DNA of 64,000 bases, from the NCBI GenBank assembly GCA_051251855.1, contig JBPOGI010000003.1, forward strand, positions 32,001-96,000. The letters are read 5' to 3'. Below the pieces are notes generated by a model that worked only from the letters and a program-made list of their open reading frames with translations, was not told the DNA's origin and did no database searches. This DNA comes from Roseibacillus sp. (GTDB lineage Bacteria; Verrucomicrobiota; Verrucomicrobiia; Verrucomicrobiales; Akkermansiaceae). Shown here piece by piece: positions 28,967 through 38,828 of this stretch. The stretch's first letter is position 1, and every line of letters begins with the position of its first letter. The position numbers were made by a program, and so were the translations under genes.

Positions 28967-30397
28967 TTAGTAGAGGACCCAGGTGTCTTTGCTGCCACCG
29001 CCTTGGGAAGAGTTGACGACGATGGAGCCTTCGTTGAGTGCTACGCGAGTGAGGCCACCGGGAACAACGCGGGTTTTTTTCCCTGCGAGAATGTAGGGCC
29101 GGAGGTCAATGTGTCGGGGAGCGATTTTGTCGTCGCAGAAGGTGGGATGGGTTGAAAGTGAAATCATGGGCTGAGCCACGTAGTTGCGCGGGGACTCTTT
29201 GATTTTTCCACGAAACTCTTCGATCTCTTCTTTGGTAGATTTAGGCCCGACGAGCATTCCGTAACCTCCTGATTCGTTGGCCGCTTTGACGACGAGTTGA
29301 TCGAGGTTTTCCATGATGTGGCTCATCTCACTTTCTTCGGAGGCGAGGTAGGTTTCGACATTGGGGAGGATGGGATCTTCATCGAGGTAATATTTGATGA
29401 AGTCGGGCACGTATTTGTAGACGACTTTGTCGTCGGCGACACCGGTGCCAACGGTATTGGCGAGGGCGACGTTGCCAGCGCGGTAGGCACGCATGAGGCC
29501 GGGGACACCTAACATGGAATCTTTGCGGAAGACTTCGGGGTCGAGGAAGTCGTCGTCAATACGACGATAAATGACGTCGACGCGCTTGGGGCCGCGAGTG
29601 GTCTTCATATAGACGACGTCGTTGTCGACCATGAGGTCACGGCCTTCCACGATTTGGATACCCATACGGCTGGCGAGAAAGGAATGTTCGAAGTAGGCGC
29701 TGTTGTAGACTCCGGGGGTGAGGAGGACACAGACGGGGTTCGGCACGTCTGGAGGACTGAGGTCTTCGAGAACTTCAACGAGCCAGTCGCTGTAGACGTC
29801 TACGGGGCGCACGCCCATCTCCTGAAAGAGAGAGGGGTAGACTTTTTTCATGGCGGCGCGGTTCTCTAACAAGTAGCTGGCTCCGGAAGGGCAGCGACAG
29901 TTATCTTCGAGAACGAGGTAACCATTTTTTTCGTCGCGAATAAGGTCGGTGCCGCAGATTTGGACGTAGCTATCGTTGGGAACTTTGACTCCCCTGAGTT
30001 CGTCGCGGTAGTGGGCCGCAGTGTAGACGGTCTCTTTGGGGATGATCTTGTCCTTGATGACTTTTTGGTCGGAGTAGATGTCCTTGAGAAAGGCGTTGAG
30101 GGCTTCGATACGCTGGACGAGGCCTTTTTCCAAGACGGTCCATTCGTCGCCGGGAATGACCCGAGGGACGGGGTCGAAGGGAAAGATGCGTTCGGTACCT
30201 TCGTTGTCGTTGTAGACGGTGAAGGTAATACCCTGCTTAAGAAAAGAGAGGCTGAGAGTGGTTTGAATGGACTGCAGTTCCTCGGATGAAACATCTCCTA
30301 GTCGCTCGACAACCGCTTGATAGTGGGCTCGGAATTCGCCCGAAGATTGAAAGGCTTCATCGAAGGCCTCAGCTGGTTGGTAGTTGTCAAAGAGCAT
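28967..30397 (-). CDS. Circularly permuted type 2 ATP-grasp protein
   Basis: QGITFTVY, ERIFPFDPVPR, VLEDNCRCPSGASYLLENR, NSAYFEH, RVDVIYRRIDDDFLDP and VVNSSQGGGSKDTWV. ATG 30397. Confidence 0.93.
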   Translation of the reverse strand: MLFDNYQPAEAFDEAFQSSGEFRAHYQAVVERLGDVSSEELQSIQTTLSLSFLKQGITFTVYNDNEGTERIFPFDPVPRVIPGDEWTVLEKGLVQRIEALNAFLKDIYSDQKVIKDKIIPKETVYTAAHYRDELRGVKVPNDSYVQICGTDLIRDEKNGYLVLEDNCRCPSGASYLLENRAAMKKVYPSLFQEMGVRPVDVYSDWLVEVLEDLSPPDVPNPVCVLLTPGVYNSAYFEHSFLASRMGIQIVEGRDLMVDNDVVYMKTTRGPKRVDVIYRRIDDDFLDPEVFRKDSMLGVPGLMRAYRAGNVALANTVGTGVADDKVVYKYVPDFIKYYLDEDPILPNVETYLASEESEMSHIMENLDQLVVKAANESGGYGMLVGPKSTKEEIEEFRGKIKESPRNYVAQPMISLSTHPTFCDDKIAPRHIDLRPYILAGKKTRVVPGGLTRVALNEGSIVVNSSQGGGSKDTWVLY

Positions 30398-30528
30398 ATT
30401 TGTGGTAACGGAGTCGGCGTTCACGCGAGTTTGGCTGGTTTTCAATTTCTGGCAAGAGTTGGCCCTCAATGAGCTAACTAAACTTACGAGGCTGCTCCCT
30501 TCACCCTGCGTTTAGCAAATTCTAGGCC

Positions 30529-33500
30529 ATGTCCATCCATTGTTCACTGCACCACAAGACAAGTTATCACTACAAACGCCCTGTCCAGTTGGGCCCACAA
30601 GTCGTTCGATTGAGGCCCGCCCCTCATTCAAGAACTGCCGTAACTGCCTATTCTTTAAAGATTTCGCCCGAAAAGCATTTCTTGAATTGGCAACAGGATA
30701 CACAGGGGAACTTTTTGGCACGGCTGGTTTTTCCGGAGCCGGTGAAGTCGTTAGAAATCGAGGTGAACCTCATTGCGGACCTCTCCCCTATCAATCCCTT
30801 CGACTTTTTTGTCGATAAAGAGGCGGAGAATTATCCTTTCGATTATCCCGAGGAATTGCAGGACGAGTTGAGGCCGTTTCTGGCGATTGACGCGGGGGAC
30901 GCTCGTAGTGATGAGCTGATAGCTTTTCAGGATACCCTTAAGCTCCCCAAAAAGCTGACTATTAATGAGTTCCTAGTTAAGGTGAATCAGGTGGTGAGCG
31001 AGACGGTGGGCTATACCATTCGGATGGAACCCGGGGTGCAGTCGCCGCAGGAAACTCTTCTCAAGCGTACGGGGTCGTGCCGGGATTCGGCGTGGCTGTT
31101 GATTAATCTGATGCGTCGCCTCGGAATCGCGGCGCGCTTTTGTTCGGGATATTTGATTCAGCTCAAAGCGGATTTGAAGCCGACTGATGGCGGGGCGGAG
31201 GGTCCTTCGGAGGATTTTACGGACTTGCACGCATGGGCGGAGGTCTATTTGCCGGGTGCCGGTTGGGTGGGGTTGGACCCGACTTCGGGGCTTTTGGCTG
31301 GTGAAGGACATATCCCACTTTGTGCGACGGCGCATTATCGTGATGCCGCTCCCTTGACAGGAAGTCTCATGGAGGCCGATGAAATCGAGACGGAGTTCGA
31401 ATTCGACATGAAGGTGGATCGGGTGGCGGAGACCCCCCGCGTGACTCTGCCTTACAACGGGGACCAAGAAGCAGCGATTGAGAAGCTGGGCCATGAGCTC
31501 GACAAGCGGATTAAGAAGCAGGACATGCGTCTCACAATGGGTGGGGAGCCGACCTTTGTCTCCGCGAGCGAGATGGAGACTGCGGAGTGGAATACCGATG
31601 CCATTGGACCGACGAAGGAGGGCTACGGAGAGACTCTTTTGCGGAAGCTCTATGATAAATTTTCGCCCGGTGGTTTTTTGCACCATGGGCAAGGTAAGTG
31701 GTATCCAGGGGAACCCCTCCCCCGCTGGGCCTATACTTCGTATTGGCGTCAGGATGGTCAGGCGATTTGGACGGACCCTTCTCTTTTTGGGCGTCCGGAT
31801 AAGGACTACGGTCACGATGCTAAGACGTCGGAGGCTTTTACGAAGTTGCTCGCTAAGAATTTGGGTCTCACAGACCGGTATGCGCGGGCGGCCTTTGAGG
31901 ATCTCTATTACTATATGTGGAAGGAGCGTCGTCTTCCCGTTAATGTCTCGGTGGAAGATTCTCGTCTAGACGACAAGTTGGAGCGCGCGACGATTGCACG
32001 TATTTTCGAGCAAGGCATCGGTTCGCCAGTGGGCCATATTTTGCCGCTTACTCATGAGAAGGACGGCAAGGACTGGTTGACGGGTCCTTGGCTGTTAGGT
32101 GGCGATGAAGTCTTTTTGCATCCGGGTAATCATCCCATGGGTTATCGCTTGCCGCTTGATGGTTTGCCTTGGGCAAAGAGGGAGGATCATCCTTATACGG
32201 AAGCGGCGGACCCATCGATTCCGCGTGAGGCGATGCCGGGCGAGCGTCTTTTGCCGCCGTCGATGCGTCGACAGGAAGCCAGTATTCGGATGCCCGAGAT
32301 GATGGATTCGGTTCGTAAGGGCCTTTCCAGTGAAGAGATTTTGGAGCGTCAGCGTGAGGCGGCCTTGAAGGAGCCTGAGGCTGGTAAGTCTGCCAAGGAC
32401 CAAGTGCGCACCGGTCTTTGTGTAGAGCCTCGTGAGGGGCGGCTGCATGTCTTTTTTCCGCCAATTCCCGAGATGGAGCCTTATTTGGAGCTCGTGGGTG
32501 CGATGGAGGAGACGGCGAAGGAGCTGGGGACGCCGATTCGGATTGAGGGTTATAAGCCGCCTTCCGATCCTCGTCTTAATTCGTTCTCGGTGACGCCAGA
32601 CCCAGGGGTGTTAGAAATCAATATCCATCCTTCCAAGAGTTGGGATGGCATCGTGGAAAAGACGCGGGTGCTCTATGATGAGGCGCGCAAGTGTGGACTT
32701 GGTACTGAGAAGTTCATGCAAGATGGGCGGCACTCGGGTACGGGTGGTGGGAATCATATCGTGGTGGGTGGCGAGACGCCGTTAGATTCTCCCTTCTTGC
32801 GTCGGCCTGATTTGCTGCAGTCGGTGGTGACTTACTTTAATAACCACCCTTCCCTCTCGTATTTGTTCTCTGGCTTGTTCATTGGACCGACGTCGCAAGC
32901 TCCTCGTCTTGATGAAGCAAGGCACGAGGCGATGTATGAGTTGGAGACTGCTTTCACTTCGTTGCCTCAGGGGGATACCACAGTGGAGAATAGCCAGTGG
33001 ATGATTGACCGCGTATTGCGGAACCATATGACGGACCTAACGGGGAATACGCACCGTTCCGAGATTTGTATCGATAAGCTTTTTGGCCCTGGACCTACGG
33101 GGCGTTTGGGTTTGGTAGAGTTTCGTGGTTTTGAGATGCCACCGCATCCTGAGATGTCGCTCTCGCAGCAGTTGTTGATTCGAGGTCTGCTCTCGAAATT
33201 CTGGGATGAGCCTTATAAAGCGAAGCTAGTGCGCTGGGGCTCTTCTATTCACGACAAGTGGTTGTTACCGCATTATCTGAAAGATGACCTCGACGAGGTT
33301 GTTGGTGATTTGCGTGATCACGGTTTGAACTTTGAGAAGGATTGGTATGATCCACATCTCGAGTTCCGCTTTCCTTTGATTGGTGAGCACGAGGAGCGTA
33401 ATATTGGGATTGAGCTGCGTCAGGCGGCCGAGCCTTGGAATGTGCTGGGTGAGGAGTCGTCTTCGAGTGGCACTTCGCGTTATGTCGACTCTTCGGTGGA

Positions 33501-33909
33501 GCGGGTGCAGGTGAAGGTGTCGAATTTGACTGAGTCTCGCCATGTGGTGACTTGCAATGGGGTTCCCGTTCCGCTGCATCCGACAGGGCGCAAGGGTGAG
33601 TTCGTTGCCGGGGTGCGTTATCGTGCCTGGGCTCCCTTCTCAGCGATGCATCCTGCCAAGGAGATCAGCTCGCCGCTGACCTTTGATTTGGTCGATACTT
33701 GGAATGAAAAGTCTCTGGGAGCTTGCCAGTATCACGTGGTGCATCCCGGTGGTCGTAGTTATGACGACTTTCCGCTGAACGGGATGGTTGCGGAGTCGCG
33801 TCGTCGTTCTCGCTTTTTCAATATGGGCAAAACGGCTGGCAAGCTGAATCCGACCATTCCGGCACCGAATCCTGACTATCCCCTGACCTTGGATTTGCAA
33901 CGGTTCTAA
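30529..33909 (+). CDS. Transglutaminase-like domain fused to DUF2126 putative amidoligase
   Basis: RMEPGVQ, GSCRDSAW, DLHAWAEVYLPGAGWVGLDPTSG, then LTMGGEPTFVS, VTPDPGVLEIN, GTGGGNH, GNTHRSEICIDKL and GRLGLVEFRGFEMPPH. Confidence 0.92.
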   Translation: MSIHCSLHHKTSYHYKRPVQLGPQVVRLRPAPHSRTAVTAYSLKISPEKHFLNWQQDTQGNFLARLVFPEPVKSLEIEVNLIADLSPINPFDFFVDKEAENYPFDYPEELQDELRPFLAIDAGDARSDELIAFQDTLKLPKKLTINEFLVKVNQVVSETVGYTIRMEPGVQSPQETLLKRTGSCRDSAWLLINLMRRLGIAARFCSGYLIQLKADLKPTDGGAEGPSEDFTDLHAWAEVYLPGAGWVGLDPTSGLLAGEGHIPLCATAHYRDAAPLTGSLMEADEIETEFEFDMKVDRVAETPRVTLPYNGDQEAAIEKLGHELDKRIKKQDMRLTMGGEPTFVSASEMETAEWNTDAIGPTKEGYGETLLRKLYDKFSPGGFLHHGQGKWYPGEPLPRWAYTSYWRQDGQAIWTDPSLFGRPDKDYGHDAKTSEAFTKLLAKNLGLTDRYARAAFEDLYYYMWKERRLPVNVSVEDSRLDDKLERATIARIFEQGIGSPVGHILPLTHEKDGKDWLTGPWLLGGDEVFLHPGNHPMGYRLPLDGLPWAKREDHPYTEAADPSIPREAMPGERLLPPSMRRQEASIRMPEMMDSVRKGLSSEEILERQREAALKEPEAGKSAKDQVRTGLCVEPREGRLHVFFPPIPEMEPYLELVGAMEETAKELGTPIRIEGYKPPSDPRLNSFSVTPDPGVLEINIHPSKSWDGIVEKTRVLYDEARKCGLGTEKFMQDGRHSGTGGGNHIVVGGETPLDSPFLRRPDLLQSVVTYFNNHPSLSYLFSGLFIGPTSQAPRLDEARHEAMYELETAFTSLPQGDTTVENSQWMIDRVLRNHMTDLTGNTHRSEICIDKLFGPGPTGRLGLVEFRGFEMPPHPEMSLSQQLLIRGLLSKFWDEPYKAKLVRWGSSIHDKWLLPHYLKDDLDEVVGDLRDHGLNFEKDWYDPHLEFRFPLIGEHEERNIGIELRQAAEPWNVLGEESSSSGTSRYVDSSVERVQVKVSNLTESRHVVTCNGVPVPLHPTGRKGEFVAGVRYRAWAPFSAMHPAKEISSPLTFDLVDTWNEKSLGACQYHVVHPGGRSYDDFPLNGMVAESRRRSRFFNMGKTAGKLNPTIPAPNPDYPLTLDLQRF

Positions 33910-33971
33910 GCCGAGCGAAGATGTCTGAAGTTCGGTGAAACTGGACTCGAAAATGCTGCCTTTCTTCTCGC

Positions 33972-36617
33972 ATGAAGAGACGCCGCCTTGCAGACTCCGC
34001 CTCCGAGAAAACTCGTCCGTCCGATCCTTCTTCGATGTCTCAATCCCAAAGCCAGACCCTTGGTTCTTCCATGAGCCAAAGCCAGACTTCCGCAGCCGCG
34101 GGTAAGTCGGAGAGTCTGTTGACGGGTTATCAGGGTTTAGAGGGAAGTTTTGATGAATATGCAGGTGAAAACGGGGTTCCTCGGCCCGCTTGGGAGGGGT
34201 TTTCGGAACGTTTGCAGGAAATAGGAGGGAAGGGGTTGGCCCAGTCCTGGCGGCGGGGCGAGGAATTGCTGAGAGAGAATGGGATTTCCTACAATCTGCT
34301 TGGTGACCAAAGTCAAAATAAGAGGCCCTGGAATCTGGACCCGATTCCGGCCCTGATTTCGGAGAGCGAGTGGAGTTCTTTGTCGGCGAGTCTCGTGGAG
34401 CGGGCTCACCTTTGGAATCAGATTCTCAAGGATTGCTATGGGGCACGTACCCTCTTGAGTGAGGGTCTGCTACCCCCTGCCTTGCTCTATTCGCAGCCGA
34501 ATTTTAACCGCTTCCTTCCTCCGGTGAATGGGGATGGTATGATTCTGACTTCTTACGCAGTCGATGTCGCTCGCTCTCCTGATGGATCGTGGAAGGTGGT
34601 GGCGGACCGGACTGAAGCGCCCAATGGTGCGGGCTTTGCGCTCGAGAACCGGATCATCCTTTCCAATGTCTTTCCGGAGACCAGTAACAAGCTGCATTTG
34701 ATTCGGTTGGCTTCTTACTTTCAGTCCTTGCGCAGTACTTTGTTTGCGCACGCTCCAGGGGGACATGATGAGCCTAATGTGGTGATGCTTTCGCCGGGTC
34801 CTTCGGATCGGACCTATTTCGAGGATGCCTATTTGGCGCGTTATTTGGGTATTACTTTGGCGGTGGGTGAGGAGCTGACGGTGAGAAACGACCGCGTGTA
34901 CTTAAAGACGGTTTCGGGTCTCCAGCGAGTACACGTAATTTATCGGCGAGTGCATGAGACCGTCATTGACCCACTAGAGGTGCCCACCAATTCGCAACAA
35001 GGGGTGCCAGGTCTGATGAGTGCCATTCGCTCGGGGACGGTTTCGGTAATTAATCCTCCGGGGACTGGCATTGCAGAGTCGCCCGCGATGCTTTCCTTTT
35101 TGCCAGAGATTTCGCGCCGTCTTTTTGGACGCGATTTGGCGATTCCTTCTATTGAGACGGTTTGGGGGGGCAAGTCTCCTGACTTGTTAGACCAACTTCC
35201 TGGTCAGTCGGCTTTGCTTAAAGAAGCGTTTGGGCAGCGGTTGCGGCCTCCGGTGCAATTGGACACTTTGCCAGCGATTCAGCGTGAATCGTTGATGGGG
35301 CGGGTTCGTGCGGATCCTTCGGCTTACGTGGTTCAGCAGCAGATGAACTTTTCTCAGGCTCCGGTGTGGACGGGCTCGCAACTTGAGTCTCGTCCCCTCG
35401 CCTATCGAATTTTCCTTTTTGCCAAGGGAGATGGCTACGAGGTGATGCCCGGTGCCTTGGTGCGCTGTGCTTCTTCGTCGGAGGCCTTGCCAGGTCTCTC
35501 GCTGGATCATGATTCGGGGTCGAAGGATTTGTGGGTTCTGGGTGAAAAAGAGAACCCGAACGAGTGGCAGAGTAATCAGCCTGATCGCTTGAGTATTCGT
35601 CGTTCGACGGGGGCGCTGTCTTCTCGGTCTGCGGACAATCTTTTTTGGATCGGTCGCTATTCTGAGCGAACGGAGTTTGCTACTCGTGTCTTGTTAGAGG
35701 CGGTGTTGACGATGACGGATGATAAGGGCCCGGATGTAAGGCCTCTGTTGGTTCCGCTTTTGGCGACTTTACAGAGCTTTGGATACTTGTCGGCTGAGAT
35801 GGTGGAGGGGCTCTCAAAGTCCCCTTCTCGCAAAGAAATCTTTGCTCTTCTTTCTCCTATTTTCTTCGAATCTGCTGCTGTCGAGGGTGCGGGTGATTCG
35901 GTTCCGATGAATGTGCAGAATCTCTTGCGTTTGGCTTCATTATCGCGGGATCGGCTTTCTAATGAGTCTTGGCGTATCATTCGAGCGCATGGTGATGTCG
36001 TGGGCTCGGTGCCACCGCAGACTCTCTTGTCGATGCGTCCGTTTTTACAGAAGGCGCTGCTGAATCACTCCGCTTTTAATGGAACATGTCGTGAGAATAT
36101 CACGAGGAATCAGGGTTGGCTCTTTTTGAATATTGGTCGGCGGGTAGAGCGGATTCAGTGGCTTTTGACGCTAGTGGATCATCTCATGAAGGAGGATCCG
36201 GAGCTCGGACCTCATACTTTGGAGACGGCGCTTTCGATTAACGACACCACTTTGACCTATCGCTTCCGCTATCGGGGGGCGCCGCAACCGCTGCCGGCGT
36301 TGGATTTGATTCTCTTTGACCCCGCCAACCCGCGTTCACTGGCTTTCCAGCTGCGTGAGCTTGATCGGGATTTGCGTAACTTGCCGAGAGAAGATCAGGC
36401 GGCGCAAAGTGATATCCCCCGCCCGGCTCACCGTGTGGTCTTGCGAGCGCTTCACTATTTGGAGACGGAGCTGCTTTCTACGGAAGAGGGACGTTCTGAT
36501 GTGGAAGAGCTTGAGAAGTTGAAGGTGTTTCTGGCGAAGTTGCGCGAGGAGATGCCTGATTTTACCGAGAAGCTAGGTTGGGACTTTTTCACCCACGTGG
36601 AATTCACGAACTCTTAA
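33972..36617 (+). CDS. Circularly permuted ATP-grasp fused to alpha-E domain
   Basis: RPWNLDPIP, DRTEAPNGAGFALENR, TYFEDAYLARYLG and SKDLWV, then SRSADNLFWIGRYSERTE and IGRRVER. Alternative start ATG 34035 (MSQSQSQ). Confidence 0.9.
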   Translation: MKRRRLADSASEKTRPSDPSSMSQSQSQTLGSSMSQSQTSAAAGKSESLLTGYQGLEGSFDEYAGENGVPRPAWEGFSERLQEIGGKGLAQSWRRGEELLRENGISYNLLGDQSQNKRPWNLDPIPALISESEWSSLSASLVERAHLWNQILKDCYGARTLLSEGLLPPALLYSQPNFNRFLPPVNGDGMILTSYAVDVARSPDGSWKVVADRTEAPNGAGFALENRIILSNVFPETSNKLHLIRLASYFQSLRSTLFAHAPGGHDEPNVVMLSPGPSDRTYFEDAYLARYLGITLAVGEELTVRNDRVYLKTVSGLQRVHVIYRRVHETVIDPLEVPTNSQQGVPGLMSAIRSGTVSVINPPGTGIAESPAMLSFLPEISRRLFGRDLAIPSIETVWGGKSPDLLDQLPGQSALLKEAFGQRLRPPVQLDTLPAIQRESLMGRVRADPSAYVVQQQMNFSQAPVWTGSQLESRPLAYRIFLFAKGDGYEVMPGALVRCASSSEALPGLSLDHDSGSKDLWVLGEKENPNEWQSNQPDRLSIRRSTGALSSRSADNLFWIGRYSERTEFATRVLLEAVLTMTDDKGPDVRPLLVPLLATLQSFGYLSAEMVEGLSKSPSRKEIFALLSPIFFESAAVEGAGDSVPMNVQNLLRLASLSRDRLSNESWRIIRAHGDVVGSVPPQTLLSMRPFLQKALLNHSAFNGTCRENITRNQGWLFLNIGRRVERIQWLLTLVDHLMKEDPELGPHTLETALSINDTTLTYRFRYRGAPQPLPALDLILFDPANPRSLAFQLRELDRDLRNLPREDQAAQSDIPRPAHRVVLRALHYLETELLSTEEGRSDVEELEKLKVFLAKLREEMPDFTEKLGWDFFTHVEFTNS

Positions 36618-36623
36618 TTTCCC

Positions 36624-37499
36624 GTGCGCTATCGAATCCATCATCAAACAGTTTACGAGTATGAGAGTTCGGTCTCATATTCTCATCACGTGGCTCGGCT
36701 GCGTCCGAGTGTGACCCCTCGCCAGAATCAGGGCGCCTTTGACCTGAAAGTATCCCCTGCTCCCGATAGCTTGTCTCATACGGTGGACTATTTTGGGAAT
36801 GCTTGTAGCTACTTTGGCTTGACCACTCCGCATCGGAAGCTGGTGATTGATTCCTATAGTAAGGTTGAGGTGAAGGAGGTGAAGCCGCTGGACTTGGACC
36901 TTTCCATACCTTGGGAGATGGTGCGTGATGTTTTACGGACTTCTCACTTGTCCCCTGATCTTGCTGCGGCGGAATTTAGCTTTGCCTCCCCTCTTTGTCC
37001 TTGTCTGCCTGAGCTTGCGGATTATGCGCGGCAGTCGTTTCAAAAGGGTGTTCCGATTTTGACGGCGAGTCGTGATTTGACCGCTCGTATCTTTAAGGAT
37101 TTTAAGTTTGATCCGAAAGTGACTACGGTGGCGACGCCAGTTTCAGAAGTGTTCGCAAAGCGGGCTGGGGTTTGTCAGGATTTTTCACATCTTCAGATTT
37201 CTTGTCTCCGGTCATTGGGTTTGGCGGCCAGTTATGTATCAGGTTATCTCCGGACAGAGCCTCCTCCAGGTAAGGAGCGGTTGATCGGCGCGGATGCGTC
37301 CCATGCTTGGGTCTCGGTTTATGCGCCTCAGATTGGGTGGTTGGGATTCGATGCCACCAACGATGTGGTTCCCGGGATAGATCATATCCAAGTTGCGAAA
37401 GGTCGTGACTATCTTGATGTCTCACCGGTGCGTGGCACGGTGTTTGGAGGCGGCACGCAGACGCTGAATATCGGGGTGACGGTGAGCGAAGAAGAGTAG
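36624..37499 (+). CDS. Transglutaminase family protein with bacterial transglutaminase N-domain
   Basis: HQTVYEY, DYFGN, GVCQDFSH, YVSGYL, ASHAW, FDATN and GRDYLDVSPVRG. Confidence 0.92.
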   Translation: MRYRIHHQTVYEYESSVSYSHHVARLRPSVTPRQNQGAFDLKVSPAPDSLSHTVDYFGNACSYFGLTTPHRKLVIDSYSKVEVKEVKPLDLDLSIPWEMVRDVLRTSHLSPDLAAAEFSFASPLCPCLPELADYARQSFQKGVPILTASRDLTARIFKDFKFDPKVTTVATPVSEVFAKRAGVCQDFSHLQISCLRSLGLAASYVSGYLRTEPPPGKERLIGADASHAWVSVYAPQIGWLGFDATNDVVPGIDHIQVAKGRDYLDVSPVRGTVFGGGTQTLNIGVTVSEEE

Positions 37500-37570
37500 T
37501 CTAGAATGGCGGAACTTCTGTTCCTAGTTTTGGCTCTTCTTTATTACTAGAAATTTAGTAGTAAACTCCC

Positions 37571-38755
37571 CTACCCGACTTTTACGGAGTGCTTTTTGGA
37601 GAGGCGGAGAATGTCGCCCACTTTGAGCTTGGGTGTGGCGTTGGGGTCAGTGAGCTTTTCCCCGTTGAGATGAACGGCGCCCGGAAGTATGGATTGCTTT
37701 TTGAGTTCTCCATTGGACTTGGTGAGCTGGTAGCCGGCTTGGTAAGCATGACTGGCAAGTTGGAGGACGGTTCCATCCGCTGGAAAATCTGTGAGAGAGA
37801 GTTCGACGGCACCAGCGGAGTCGTCGCGCTTGGAGAAACGGGCTTCCCAAGTGGCTCGAGCTTCTTTGGCGGCAGCTTCGTCGTGGTAGCGGGTGGTGAG
37901 CTTGTGGGCGAGCTGCTTCTTGGCTTCCATGGGATGGAGGCTTTCGTCACGGTTCTCGCCTAGGAGGAGCTGGTAGTAGCGATCCATCAGGTCGTCGGAG
38001 GTGGACATGAGCTTGCCGAACATTTCGTTGGGCTCTTCAGAGACACCAACGTAGTTCTGGTAGCTCTTGGACATCTTTTTGACACCATCGAGGCCTTCGA
38101 GGAGGGGCATGGTGAGCACAATTTGGGGGAGTTGGCCCTCTTCTTTCTGTAAGTCTCTCCCTACCAATATGTTAAATAGTTGATCGGAGCCTCCAATCTC
38201 GACATCGGCTCGTACTTCGACGGAATCCCAGCCTTGCACGATGGGGTATTGGATTTCGTGGAGACGGACTTCCTGCCCTTTCTCGATACGATTTCTAAAG
38301 TCCTCACGCTGAAGCATTTGTTGCATGGTAACGCGTGAATTGAGTCGGAGGACGTCTTCGAAGGTCATCTTGCGAAACCAGTCACCGTTGTAGACGATTT
38401 CGGTTTTCGACTCGTCGAGAACTTTGAAGGCTTGGCTGGTGTAGGTTTCGGCGTTGATGAGGACATCTTCGCGGGAGAGGGGTGGTCGGGTGGCGGAGCG
38501 GCCGGAGGGGTCGCCGATGGTAGCGGTAAAGTCTCCAATAATTAGAACTGCCTGATGGCCAAGGGATTGGAATTGTCGGAGCTTCTCTAATACGACGGTG
38601 TGACCGAGGTGCAGGTCGGGCGAAGTGGGATCGACGCCGAGTTTGACGCGGAGGGGGCGGCCTTCTTTTTCGCAAAGTTTGAGGCGGTCCGAGAGTTCTT
38701 TTTCGGAGAGGACTTGGGCCGTTCCGGCCATGAGGGTGCTGAGTTGGTCGCTCAT
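37571..38755 (-). CDS. tyrS: Tyrosine--tRNA ligase
   Basis: GVDPTSPDLHLGH (HIGH), IGDPSGRS, GGSDQ and KMSKS. ATG 38755. Confidence 0.96.
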   Translation of the reverse strand: MSDQLSTLMAGTAQVLSEKELSDRLKLCEKEGRPLRVKLGVDPTSPDLHLGHTVVLEKLRQFQSLGHQAVLIIGDFTATIGDPSGRSATRPPLSREDVLINAETYTSQAFKVLDESKTEIVYNGDWFRKMTFEDVLRLNSRVTMQQMLQREDFRNRIEKGQEVRLHEIQYPIVQGWDSVEVRADVEIGGSDQLFNILVGRDLQKEEGQLPQIVLTMPLLEGLDGVKKMSKSYQNYVGVSEEPNEMFGKLMSTSDDLMDRYYQLLLGENRDESLHPMEAKKQLAHKLTTRYHDEAAAKEARATWEARFSKRDDSAGAVELSLTDFPADGTVLQLASHAYQAGYQLTKSNGELKKQSILPGAVHLNGEKLTDPNATPKLKVGDILRLSKKHSVKVG

Positions 38756-38828
38756 GTGTTGGTCGTTTCTAAACATGGGAGGGCAGGGGAGGCACGTTTT
38801 CTTTTTGTAAGAGGGAAGGATTCTCGCC

